Source: the human T2T-CHM13v2.0 reference genome, Homo sapiens. From it: 64,000 nt of DNA. The notes beneath the pieces are model-generated. The model had not been told where the DNA came from. It did not search any database and saw only the letters and a list, made by a program, of their open reading frames with translations. Shown one piece after another: positions 37,461 through 50,840 of this stretch (the stretch's first letter is position 1; each line of letters starts with the position of its first letter). The DNA lies in NCBI RefSeq assembly GCF_009914755.1, contig NC_060932.1. One strand, 5' to 3'. Both the position numbers and the translations under genes were made by a program.

Positions 37461-39756
37461 ATTTCCATGCATGTGTACTTGTGCTGGGACCACAGAAGGC
37501 ATGCTGAGATGTTAGGGAAAGCTCTCTAATGGAATTGACTTCTAAGATGAGACCTAAATCTTGAGACCTAAAAACAGAGAGCTGGGGAAGAGAATTCCCA
37601 GCAGAAAGAAAGGCATGGCAAAGCCTGCAGGGGAGAGTGAGACGTGGCTGAGGACTGGAGCAAGGTGGAAGTGACTGGGCGCTGAGGGCCGCCAGAGCCT
37701 TCAGACTTTATCAGAAGAAGAATATGACACCGGCCAAGCATTTTGTGACTGGAGTGAAGTGATCAGGCGTGTGTTTTAGAACGATTACTCTGATGACAAA
37801 GACAGGCTAAAGGAGAGAGTGAGTGAAATGAGGAAGGATCATCATCTTTAGAGGATGTTTAAGGAAGGAGGGTTTGTCTCCAAAAGGTGTTATTACAACT
37901 GGGAAAGTTCCATTACTGTCATCATTATGGGGCACTCAGGCCCCATCTTCCTACAGGAGAGGTGGTGTGGGATCAATTGCTTTGGCTAAAGCGCATGTCA
38001 ACACTTGAGTAGCAGAAGGTGTTCATTTTGTTTTCGTTTCTCCAAGGTAAAGAGAAGGAAAAGCAGAAGAGAAAAACAAGAAAACAGATCTTGAATCACC
38101 CTCCATCTCCTCACCCCAAAGGGATGCTTTTCATTCTTGTAGATTCATTTCTTGGCTTATCCAACTGCCTAAATTAATTGTATGCTCTTACAGTCATACT
38201 GTACGCAATTTTCCATCTCACTTTGGGAACACAACATGCTAACTTTTTCATGTTGCTGTAGCACCACTGAAAGATCGTTTCTAATGCCTACCTAATATTC
38301 CCCTGCATAGATGCTCAATTGTTTTAATAAATTGTTCTCTTTCTGTTGGACATTATGTTCCTCCCAGAGTTTTTGCTCTTGTTTATAAGTAACACCTTCA
38401 GGACATAGCATGTACTATTTTGGGGGCTATTTCTTTAGACTAGATTTCTTCCAGTGTTATTCCTGGGTTGCAAACTAGAAATGCTTTTAGCTCCAGATGC
38501 CTATTGCTAAATTGCCTAGAAGAGGCTTATTGCAAAAGTCACTCTCGTGGTCCATCACTGGGGATCACAGGGCAATCAGGAAAATGAATTAACTGTTACT
38601 GAGCACTCACCATCTACCAGGCTTTGTGGTCCTTAGTTCAATGCATGTTTACAAAAACACCCTGAGTTGTTTTATTTATTGAGGTTTTACTTCATGCAGG
38701 AAGCTTTAAGTGTTTTAAGTTCTTTAGCTCATGTAATCATCAATGGAGCTCAATGAAGAAGACGCTCAGTTTTTCCTACAGATTAGGAAAACTGAGACCA
38801 AGAAGTTAAATAACTTCTCAAATCAAGTACTTAAAAAATAGCAGGCCTTACATTTGAACCCGGATCTAGCTGACTTCATAGTCCTTAATCTTCACCACTA
38901 CACTGCTAAGCAATATACCCTCCCTTCTTGTTTATCACGAGGCTCATATGTGCAGAAGAGTCAAGAGATGAGCAGCAAAAATATCCTAAAAATCAAAGAG
39001 TGGAGGATGTGGTAAATAAGAGCCCTGAGCACCAGTTACCACTCTTTTTGAAAAGTCATAATTCCTATCTGTTGCCCTGCCTGGATTAACAGATGTCAGG
39101 GTCACTGTCTGTTGTTGATAAAATCTATCCAAAAAGTAAATTTCCTGGGAGGTCCATACATCTGGACTGGGAACAATTTCAACAGCATCTGTGTGAAAGA
39201 GGCCTCCCTGTAAACCCTGGCAGACTGGGTTCTGTGGATTAGCGCAGATGACTGGGTACAAGGATATCTATTAGCACTGGGAATCTTAGCCTGAGAGGCT
39301 GGTGGAGAGTCATGGTGAGTCCGTGGAGGAAAAGGAACATGAACATTTTTAGCTTGGGGTGGGAATGGTGTGAAAATGGCAAGTGCACATAATTACATTG
39401 TGACTGGAATTTGCACTGAATTCAGGCTTTGGAGGATGCAAAGGGTGCTATGTAATCCATCTGCTGCTGTTTAGCTTGCCAGAAAAAAAGTATGCACAGA
39501 AGGCGAGAGAAGGGAAAACCACAGGGACTTGAGATAAATAACCTCCTGTTGCTGTTTTGCCTGATGTCATGACACTCTGGAAAAGACTAAGCTCTTGTCT
39601 TAGGAAAATATAATAAGTTTGTAATGATGCAAGCTTATTTACTTATATATCTGTCTAATTGCTTTGCACGTGTTAAAGGTTTGTCTCTCCAATGTATTGG
39701 AGAGACAAAATCTTCTTTCCTGCTTGAATCCAGTGCACTTCAACAAAGAGATTGAG

Positions 39757-40190
39757 CATTCATTCAGTCACTTTTGCTATGTGCTGGGGACCTGGGGATA
39801 AACACAACTGAGTGATAGGTGCAGTAATTTGAGTATGACCAGGGATCAGAGGGGCAATTAACCCTTTCTAGGCAGGAAAGGAAGAAAGAGATTAAGTAAA
39901 CTCTCAGCAAGTTTACAGAAATAGGCTTTGAAGGCTTCATAGAGACTTTCCAGGGAAGCAAGGAGACCACAACATTTCAGGCAGAAGAAATAGCCTACAG
40001 GAAGGCATGACTTGCTTGAAAAATTACAAGCCCTTTGGGGTGTTAAGGTCTAAAATGTGCAGCAGTGACAGTGGGAGTCTGGAAAAGACAAGAATGGGAA
40101 ATGGGAGAGAAGATGGGCTGAGAAGAGGAATGGGACATGAGGTGTTTTTGCAGGCAGGAGCCATGGTATGATTCTTTAAGAAGCTATTTG
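39757..40190 (-). mobile_element. L2 3' region relic
   Basis: CATTCATTCAGTC...CTATGTGCTGGGGACCTGGGGATA; CATTTCAGGCAGAAGAAATAGC. Confidence 0.6.
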
Positions 40191-41307
40191 ACCACATAGC
40201 ACCAACCACCCAGTACTAATGGTGCCATGACCTAGAAGAAGCATGCATTAATCCATCAGGTTAAAGCCCAGAGGGGGCAAGTTCTAGACACTCTGCCAAT
40301 GCTAGGCAAATTATTTCACCTCTTCGAGCCTCATTTTTTTTTCATCTTTTAGCTAACATCATTAGTATATATCTTACAGGGCTGTTTGGGAAGGCTAAAA
40401 AAAAAAAATCCAGTGGCATGAAAGAACCCAGTAACATTCCTGGCACGTAAATATTAATATCTTCCCTGGCATTCAGTGGATGCTCAGTAAATTTGGACTG
40501 AAAACAATTTCATTAGACAAATAGAAACAAATTCAAGGTTATCATGATTATTCATAAATAATGAAAAATATCACTGAAGAAGAATGTGTGCTATGGAAAG
40601 GAAGGGAATGGGTGGCAGAGGAAGACAAAGCAGAAGAGTGGCGGGAAGGAGAGAGAAAGAAATGGAAGACAGATTTTTCATGGCAAGTAATGTTGATTCA
40701 AAACAAAACAGAGCTTTACCTGGACTCTATGCAGAGAAACCTGGTTAATAGAGACCCAGTCAAGCAGGTGTCCTTTGTGAAGCGACCCTCCTGGATGCCA
40801 GAGAACCTCTCAGAGCCTCTGTTACAGGTTCCTGTGTTCATTCCTTTTCTCTGGCCCACTGAGTCAGGGAGCAATAATTCTTTCTAAGCTGGCTCCTGAA
40901 CGTTCAGTTAATTTAGATCTATTGAGTTTACAGGGATTACCTTGCTTCCTTTGTAGTAAATAAAGCCATAAGCAGCTGATGAAATTGATAAATGGCTCCC
41001 GGCGAGCTGCGGCATTTAATCAATGACAAAAGCTGTGCATTGGGTACAGTGTAGAAGAGAGAAGCCCAGGGCCAGGACCAGAGCCATGGGGCAGCAGAGA
41101 CAGCAGACTGAAAAGCAGCAGGAGCTTCAGCCAGTACCAAGTTCTACTTACTCAATATGGATCATGGTCTCACGCATTCATTTTTCATTTGGCTTGGGAT
41201 AATTGTTTGAATTCCTGTTTGGAAAACAGATTACATAGAAGGCATGAAGGGAAATGCAAATAGATCAAATAAAAAAGCCATATTCAACCCCAAAGAAATC
41301 ACAGTAG

Positions 41308-41673
<366 letters not shown>

Positions 41674-41819
41674 TATGTTTGCATTTTAATTTTGCTTGCT
41701 AACAACCCATTCTCCTCAAGTCATCAGAAAGATTGCCTTAACATGTAAATGCGGTCACACTATGCACTGCTTGTATCCTGCAGGAGCTTATTCGGGATCT
41801 TCAAGATAAAGTCTCAAAT

Positions 41820-42290
41820 GCTCACCAGGCCCCTGCCTTGCACGTTCGGGACATCCTCATCTCTCTGACTTTCTCTTCTTGTAACCTCCAACTTATTAGA
41901 TTCCTTCCACTTCCAGTTCTCAAACACACCCTATGTTTTCTCTTCATGCTCGACCTTAATCTGGCTTTATCCTTTGTCTCAAACATCCTTCGCCTATTTA
42001 TTGCTTGAAGAACACATTCTACATGTGTCAAACGTGCTCTTCCTTGCTCCATATAAACTAGATTCTTCTAATCAGGTTATATCTGAATACTTTATACTTT
42101 TCTACTTCTGCTTCATTGCAATGATTACAGTTTGGGGATTTTTGTTTCATTACCTTCTTGCCCATAGACTGTAACTTGCTCATAGATTGTAAGTTTCTTG
42201 AAAGTGGAGAACATCTATATATTCACCACTGTATATGCAGTTTCTAGCTGAGTGCTTACACCTTTCTTGAATCTTTGCTGATGACTGAAT
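41820..42290 (+). mobile_element. L2 3' region relic
   Basis: TAGATTGTAAGTTTCTTGAAAG...ATTCACCACTGTAT; pyrimidine-rich sense pattern. Confidence 0.6.
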
Positions 42291-42749
42291 TTAACTACAA
42301 AGGTACCATTTTATGATCTGCCGTTTTCAGTTAACATTACATTATAAACAATGATGTTTTTGATTAGATGCTCACTATTCCATCAAATAGACATCTTATT
42401 TCAGTCTATCATCCCCTTCTAGTTGGGTAATTGAGTACCGTCCAGTGTTTTTTTGTGTGTGTGCTTATAAATAATGCTTACCTTTCCATGGCTGATACAT
42501 TTAAAAATTATTTCCAGGAAAATGAGTTAAGTTCAATGAAGTATTTTTTTCTCAAACAGAAACATAGTTGTTAAAGTACTTGTCATAGAGCATACTGAGA
42601 ATTCCTACTTGGAGGACACACAAGTGAGATCTGAGTGGGGATGGTAAATTTGGGAAAATGGCAGGAGGGACACCAGGTAGAATAATTCTCTCAACTCAGT
42701 TTCCTAAATCCAATGAGTTGGGACAAAACTCAAACTCTGAATGAATGGT

Positions 42750-42867
42750 GAAAGCTGCTATAGATATTATATAAATAAAAGGCTTTGGCTGTGTTCCAAT
42801 AAAAGTTTGTTTACCAAAACAGAGGCAGGCTGGATGTAGCCCTAGGGCCATAGTTTACCAACCCCTT
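42750..42867 (+). mobile_element. MER58 3' fragment
   Basis: GGCTGTGTTCCAATAAAAGTTTGTTTACCAAAACAG...GGGCCATAGTTTACCAACCCCT. Confidence 0.75.
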
Positions 42868-43944
42868 GTCAAGAGAATGAAATTAGATGCTATTTGTAAA
42901 ATTCAATGCCTAGTACATAGAAAGCAACTAATAAAATAATAGCTGTCATTGAGATTATGATGATGATCATTATGGCTGGCATCTGTCAGTCTATTGAACT
43001 TGGCCACTTGCCATTATCCTGAAGAGTTTTGGATGCTGACTTCTGTGATAAACTCTGGTGGTTCTTCCAACCAGCAGTTTTGCAGAGATTAATATATCTC
43101 TCAGTGAAACTTAGTAACTTCCCTCTCTTTTGGTATATTCCATTATTATGTAAGAATTCCTAGAATCTTTTGCAATTTTCAACCCTTTCAATTGGACACA
43201 GTAGTTTAATGCGTATAATTACTTCTCATTGGACTCACAATTGATGTGCCACAGTGCTATTAGAGGCATAATCAATAATCACTCTAGTTCAATACCATCT
43301 CCTGCTTAAGCCTTCTGATCATTTGAGGTTTGCCCACATATTAGATAACACCCAACAAATGAAGTCTGTGGCTTAGCACTCAGCCTGTGCTGACTGCTAT
43401 ATTTTCCATATGCTGCAGTGGAAAACTGTTGGCCACATACACCAGGCGTTGCAACTCTCAGCACCATGTAGAAGCAGGTGGGTTGTTGCCCACCTTCTGT
43501 ATCCTTATGGTTCTGGAAGCAGAGAATAACTTGGGCTAATGGGAGAGGAAAAGACCATAGTTAAACTTAGCTGTGTATCTAACTCAGCACACCCAGATAA
43601 GGCATATTAAGGGTCATCTGGGGGTAACTTTAAATCCCTCTCTGAAGCACCAGGATATTCTGGCTCAGAAAATTTGTTGACAAAGAAAAGGAGCCCTGGC
43701 TCCATCAGCTTCATCTCATGCTCCAGCAACTTCATTGCAAAGGGGCTAAGAAGGTGGCTCCTTAGCGTTTTCCTTTATTCCAGCTCTGTCATCCTCTTAC
43801 CTTTCTTTTTTCCAACAATTATTTTTTAAACATTACCCACAGAAAACTGGTGCAAGAGAGAGGAAAGAGGTGGAGGCCCTGATTCTAACATTAACCAGTC
43901 CTGTGGCCTGGTTAACCAGCTATAGGCCTTTATTTTAAAAAAAA

Positions 43945-44409
43945 TATTTTGTATTACATGTGTTTAATGTCTACTACATAATGTTTTGATATATATCTAC
44001 ACAGTGAAACAATTAAACATATTCCTCGTCTTCCATTGCTACCTTTTTAACTTTTGTGCTAAGAGAACTTAAAAACTGCTCTCTTAGCAAATTTTCAGTA
44101 TACAATATTGTTAATTATAGTTCTCTGGCTGTACACTGGCTCTCTAAGGCTATTCATCCAACCGAATTGCACATGTGTACACTTTGGCCAACTTTTCCCC
44201 ATTCCGCCTTCTCCCTGTGAATGGTGACCACTGTTCTACTCTCTGTTCCTATTTATTTGACTTTTTTTTTTCGATTTGGTGTATAAGTGAGATCTTATAG
44301 TGCTTTTCTTTCTGTGTCTGGCTTATTCCACTGAGCTTAATGTCTTCTCAGTTCATCCATGTTGTCAAAAATGGCAGTATCTCCTCTTTTTTAAGGCTGA
44401 ATAATATTC

Positions 44410-44453
<44 letters not shown>

Positions 44454-44670
44454 CTCACAATTCTTTTTTACCTTCATCTGTTGATGGACACATAAGTTGT
44501 TTCCATATTTAGGTTATTGTGAGTCGTGCTGCAAGGAGTTTGGGAGTGCAGATATCTCTGTGCAGATGTAGCTCATTTCAATACTTTTGGACCCAGAAGT
44601 GAAATTTTCCGGATCATATGGTAGTTCTATTTTTAATGTTTTGAGATACCTCTATACTCTTTTCCATAGC
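43945..44670 (-). mobile_element. L1MA 3' UTR relic with (TG)n at 44412-44451
   Basis: CTCTCTTAGCAAATTTTCAGTATACAATA; TTTCTGTGTCTGGCTTATT; TTTAAGGCTGAATAATATTCCA. Confidence 0.85.
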
Positions 44671-44674
44671 CACA

Positions 44675-44976
44675 TTTTCTTTTTTTGTTCTTGTTGACAC
44701 TGGGTTTCACTCTGTCATCTAGGCTGGAGTGCATTGGCATAATCACAGCTCACTGCAGCCTGTAGCTCCTGGGCTCAAGTGATCCTTCTGCTTCAGTCTT
44801 CTAAGTAGCTGGGACTATGGGTGCACATCACTATGCCTGGCTAACTTTTTAATTATTTCTAAAGACAGAGTCTCCCTATGTTACCCAGGCTGGTCTTAAA
44901 TTCCTGGGCTCAAGCGGTCCTCCTGCTTCAGCCTCCCAAAGTGCTGAGATTACAGGCATGAGCCACCATGCCTGGC
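44675..44976 (-). mobile_element. AluJ
   Basis: ATCACAGCTCACTGCAGCCT...CCTGGGCTCAAG in both arms (J diagnostic); CpG-depleted. Confidence 0.92.
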
Positions 44977-45299
44977 TGAGAAAGTTTACTATATAAATAA
45001 TTTTAATAAGTTGAATTATTCCAGAAAAGTAAATTGATTAATGCATTGAGTAACATGTTATTTCCTAAGTTCCTGGTATGATCGATCATCTTTGAGTTCT
45101 TAAGGCAGCAGTAAGGGGGAGGAAGACAGAAATTGATAGATGGCACCAAGCCCCAGCCTTAACTTAGTGTCTGGCATTTAATTATTGGTTAAATGAGTAA
45201 GTAAATGGGACCCTACCAAGTACAAGTTCAAATCCATCTGGTCTTAAAGTAAATTCTGATTAAAACAGGAAAGACCTTCACATTGCCTGTGAGACACTG

Positions 45300-45515
45300 A
45301 TCATATGGTAGGTACCGTTCCGAACAAATTAACTTACTTTGCCATAGCTCATTTCCTATCGCAAGTTTGTTTCTATCATTCTAATTTTACAAATAAGAAA
45401 ACCACGACTGAGGCATGTTAAATAACTTCTCAAGGATGCGCTACAGGAAATTAGCAGCAGAGTTAAGATTAGACGCAGAACTGTCTGACCCCGGGGCTGT
45501 GGTCTTAGCCACTGT
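45300..45515 (-). mobile_element. MIR
   Basis: ATTTTACAAATAAGAAAAC...TGAGGCATGTTAAATAACTT. Confidence 0.65.
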
Positions 45516-48500
45516 CTGGCAGTGCCGTCCTACTGGCTGGGGGCATGGAGAGTTTACCACACATCCTTCTGTGGGCCTGGTGGCCAACTTGCCCTGAGGG
45601 CATCTGAATACCTTTCCTAAGCCCGGCCATGTGGCCTGGCTCCTGACTTGGTTGCTTGAGTTTCTCTGGTCCTCTACTGCACTTGAAATTTTCACTGTGA
45701 ATTCAGTTAGTTGTCTGAAGTCATGAAAAATCTGCGTTTTGCCTGCTGGTCTTGTCTTTCTGGTCCCAGCTTTTGATCCCTGCACCACCTACCCCTGCAG
45801 GTCAGCTACCGAGACATTGGTCAGCCAGAATTCATGGGCTCGGGAAGGAGCCCAGCCTTTCCATCTGTTTCTCTCTTCTGCCCACTTAATCTGATTCCCC
45901 TTTCTCATTCTCAGGGCCATTGTTAAGCCTGAGCCCCATACACTTTGGTGCTCACTGTATCCTGGACTACTGTCCATCCAACTTAGAGAACATCTCTATA
46001 GGAAAGTCGGTCTCCTTGATTGGTAATCTCCAGTTGCATCCTTCTCCTTCTCTCTCCCAGTTCCTACAAACTTCACAGCTTCAATTGTCAGAATCATGAG
46101 AAAGGTTTTTGTTATTTGTTAAAATCACACATCCTTGTTGTTTTGTAGCAGACCACCTACCCTCTCTGAGCCTAATTGTCTCATCTCCAAAATAAGGACG
46201 GTACCAACACCTTTCTCCTTGGGGAGTGGTGAGGATAAGAGGTAAAGGGTAGGAAAGTCCTGAAACCTGATGTTTGCTTAGTCAACGGTGCTTTCTTTGC
46301 TGTGGTGAGTGTTGTAAATTGCACTTTCGTAGGGCTTATGCAGTTGTGTGTGGTGGGGCGCTGACCTCTTTTACCCCTTCACTGTAAAGTCAGCCTGGCT
46401 CTGCTCACCCACACTTCCAAACTTCCCAAATTTGCAAAGACACAAAGAAACAGGTCTGGCATGCACATAAGTTAATTAAGAAAATGAGCGAGATCAAAGG
46501 AGGCAGAGGTAGTTAGGAAAGAAAAAAGAAAGAGAATTGGGTTCAAAGTGTGGTTGTTAATTACATGCTCTGGATTTATAATGCCAAGAGGGCACATCAA
46601 CCAGAATACAGAATGAAGGAATAAAATAAATTAACAGAGAAACTCCGCCTTGTGTTGATTCTCTGTAATAGGCCAGAGTCTTTGTGAGTAATGAATGGCA
46701 AGTTAAGAAGCCAATTTACTCAGCAATTTAAAGAGTTCTTTCAGAAAGCTTTTTAAGAAAAAAAGCAGAGATCTTGGAGGAAACTGGGAACTATGTCACA
46801 AGAAAGAATCACTGTTACTCATTCCCGGGGGAATGCTTAGAGTGGGGATTCACTGACAAGCAGGGTTGTTATGGACTGGAGGATGGCACAGAACCGAGGA
46901 AATGAGATAAATGGAGATCTTAAGACCAGCGATGGAATCTGAGTTCTTCCCTCATTTGCTCTGTGACTTTGATAAGTCCACTAAGCTCTCTGAGCTTCAT
47001 ATTTTTATTCTGTAGGTGAAAGAGAATGCATGCCCCATCAGACCCTGAGGGATATTGTGAGGATCAAATGGGACAATAATTTTGCAGTGGGTTAAAATCC
47101 TTTAGATCTGGGCAGTGATGATATAGGAGATGATGTTCATCATGATGGTGGTGATGTTGAAAAGGATTCAGGATCAGGCTAATGTGAAGTTCAAGTTGAC
47201 TCCTAGATGTTATAACCTTAAGGACAATACCAGAGCCTATTTATCTACCTCAAATACTGTCCTAATGGCTCTCTTAATTGGGTGCTTGGTTATAGCACAT
47301 ATATAATCCCTGATGGGCAGCATGCTATTTTCCTTTTCATTGAATTGCCATTGTGTTCAATACCCATCAACCAATCTCTCAATCTATCATTTAATATAAT
47401 CCACCTCTATTTGTTTTGGGTAAGTGTCAGGGAACAAGGGGAATAGATCTAACACGTGTTGAGCTGTATGCAATGTCAGGAGCTGTACGTTCTTCATGCC
47501 ACCACATCCTTTCAGCAAAACCATGAGATATCTTTTATTAATTCAATTTTGTAGTTGAGAATACTGGGGCATGTCCAGTGTGATATAATATCAAATAACA
47601 GAGTCCCCAGAGTAAAGACCACATCTGTTTAATTCTGTTTGATAAATAAACTATTTCTCTTAGTGTGTTTAACCTTGGCCTCTTCAGATGAGCTACATCT
47701 GAAGCTTTTCATAGACAAATAATCCTGGCTTTTGAAAGATTACATTTGAAAGCCCAAAGCTACAGCTTGAGTCTTCAGAAAAAATAAACAGTTTTAGCCT
47801 ATGCTAAAGGTGTATTTATTACAGTGTACCATTAGCGTCACCCTCCTCCCCCTGCCCCAAACTAACAACCAGTGCTAGTGGGAAGTTCCCAGGTTAACTA
47901 AATAAAATGTCACTTTGATTGACAGATGCTGGTGCTATGTTCGTAGGTTTGCTTTGTCTCCAGCACCCCACTGGTCAATAGGAACAAGGGAGCAATTTTC
48001 AGAGTTATTAGCTGTGTTTGAGCTGTGCTGTCTGCCAAAAGAAGAAGTGGCTTTTGGACGCAGATTTTACCTCGGATGTAATGTGGAGAGACACGTTGAC
48101 ACCTCCCTCTGATAAAGGTGGGTACCAGAGGGCTTCCAATCCCAACAGTACAAGCCTCTTTGAAAAGTCATGACTTAAATGTGATTTTCAATTTCTGAAA
48201 ACACTGATGAGGTAAAACAAAGCTTTCCAGAGAGAAGAAAGAAGATTTAAAAAGGCAATGACTGATAAGCAAGGCTGAATGCAATGCTTCTCCAAACATG
48301 CAGACATTTTGTGGGGGAAACCAATAGGTTTCATATGCAATGGTGTCTCTACATACTCATAAGTGTGATTAAATTCTTATTTCAATAACGTTAAACACTT
48401 ACGATATTGCAGGACTTCTCAGAGTCTTCCTAAATTGACGAGACCATTCCTCATTTACCATCCCCATCCCCGGCACCTCTTTCCAGAATGTCCCTGCTCT

Positions 48501-50690
48501 GGTGTTCAGTGAGACATAATTGAGAAGTGCTGGGATTGTATCAGCAGGTGAGCTCAGCAGGTGCTACAGATGTGTTCTTGGGGTTCAGGCACTTCTCAGA
48601 GGAGGTAGTTAGCTGTACCATTTGTTATTTTAAATAAAAATCTGTTTCGAAAAGAAAATGTCTTATTTATGTGCCTAGATTATGTGCTTTTTTTTTTTTT
48701 TTTTTTTTTTTTACCTTTTACTTAGTCATTCCTATAGTCAGCCTTAGATACTTTACCCCATAACCCTGGAGAGTGCACACACACAGTCACACACACACAT
48801 GCACAGATCGTATCCCCTGGACATGTTCTTTAATTTTCTTTCTGAGAACATTTAGTAATCAACTGTGTGACAGATCTCTGATAAGGACTTTAAATATGAA
48901 AAAAAAAAAACAAAACAAATAATTACTAACTTCAAGGAGCTCAGGATTTGGTGTGTGTGTAGTGTGGCAAAATAGAAATGAGCAAAGTAAACCCAGTTAG
49001 TTACAAAATACTATGATTAAATGTCATGAGCGGAATAAGGGTAAAGACTTAGAAATGTTGTACAACCTATTCTAGATGAGGGCATTCTGGAGATGAGAAA
49101 CTGACCTCACTTTGTAAATTGAAAAAAAAAAATAGAAACTATAAAATAGTTCCATTCAAATAAATTTCTAGATCAAAGTAATGATCACATTTCTGACAGA
49201 TTATGCAGTTATAAACAATGAGATTTTCCCAACAGAGTCCTGAAGATTTTGTGCTTCCCTTCACACCTTATTGGCTTCCTTCTCTGATTTAGGTTTTGCA
49301 TCTTAGGCCGCGTAATTAAATTACTTGTATGCATGCTTAACTGAATCTGTTGGAATAAACCAAAATGCAGGCAATCATTGATTTCTTTATAAAACATAAG
49401 TGTTTTAATTGCCGTGTAAGTTGTTAATAATCTGTAACTATTAGTGTGTTAAAGAATGAATCAGTGAAGAGTAAGATTTAGACAGTCATCATATCTAAGT
49501 AGAAATACATGTTTTCCTTCCCTAAATATCACCATTATCAATCAGAGTTTGAGGTTGTTATTGCTAAGGTTTTAGCTAATTCCAGCCTGTCTCATTTTTC
49601 TAGTGATACACTTCTGAATTGTGCCTGCGCTAAGAATTTCTAGGGCTGACTTTTTCTGTAAAAACTAAATGAATGCAGAGACATTTGAATTGGAGATAAT
49701 GTTGTGGTGTTTACACGGAAATGTGAATGAATCCCACTTAGACGAACTTGAAAAGAAGAGTTCTTACCATATTTTGTTTCCCAATCTGGAAGTGATTCTC
49801 AGAGGAGAGAAGGGAATTTATCATTAATATTGGGAAAGAATGATGAGTTATGTTAAAATAAGAGTGTTATAAAAATAAAGTTCTACAGGATAGTAGATGG
49901 AGGCCATTCACAGTGCTTAGTAGGGGCCCAGTAATCCATTCTCAACGACTGAGGATAGGTTGAATTCGTAGTTCTTTGATGATTACAATGGACGGTATGC
50001 CTTCTCTGTCATTTTGTAGAGACTTTCCCAGAGATCAGATCACTTGCTTCCCTGGTGTTTTGCAGTTTGGGGAAGTGTCAGTGGAGAGCTGGGTGCATCA
50101 TTGGCCTCCCTGGCATCACCTAGCCGTCTCCAGGCATTTCAAGACATTGGGGATCATTTAAATAGTTCCTCTAAACATGCTCAGAACTATGTCATAGCTA
50201 TATTCAGACACTTTCTCTTTCCAGACCAGCTTTAATTACCTAACTGGTGCTATGAGGAAACCCAGTCTCTTGTTTATCCTCTCATTGTTGCACCTCTTGA
50301 TTCTCTTGCTTGGATCCCCTCAGTGTCTTCATCCATACCGGGAGATTGCTATGCCAATGACCCCTGACTTGTTCACACCTCTTTGGGTCCATGCCCTTGG
50401 ATAGTTTCTACCACACTACCACTGAGCTTGGCCACACAACTTTTTGGGCAATGGGATGACAGAAAAAATGAATGACAGCTCCTAATTTAGCCTCTGCCTC
50501 TGGACTCACATTCTTATGTATGCATCTGGAGTCACCCACGTCGGACAGCTCCTTTTGCTCCAGTCCTCATTTGTCCCCAGCCTTGGGTAACTGCTAGGAC
50601 TTTTGTCTCCCAGCTTCATCCAGTCTGGTCCATCCAGCTGCTGTACTAGCCCTGGCTCTGACCCCAAAGAACTGTGGTTGCCTTTGCCAG

Positions 50691-50840
50691 ATGCTGTTGA
50701 CGATATCTAATAGCAAAGCTCCCACAACGTGCTGCAGGATACCACTGGGAAACGGCTCCTGGACTGGTTGGAGACAGAGCTTGAGGCACAGAGAGACCTC
50801 CACAGATGCTAAGTCCGTTGTGTGTCGGGTGATGAGCAGT
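50691..50840 (+). other. Candidate internal exon (150 nt), most plausibly of a lncRNA
   Basis: CTCTGAC branch-like motif, CCTTTGCCAG acceptor, AGT|GTAAGG donor; no repeat recognised. Confidence 0.2.
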
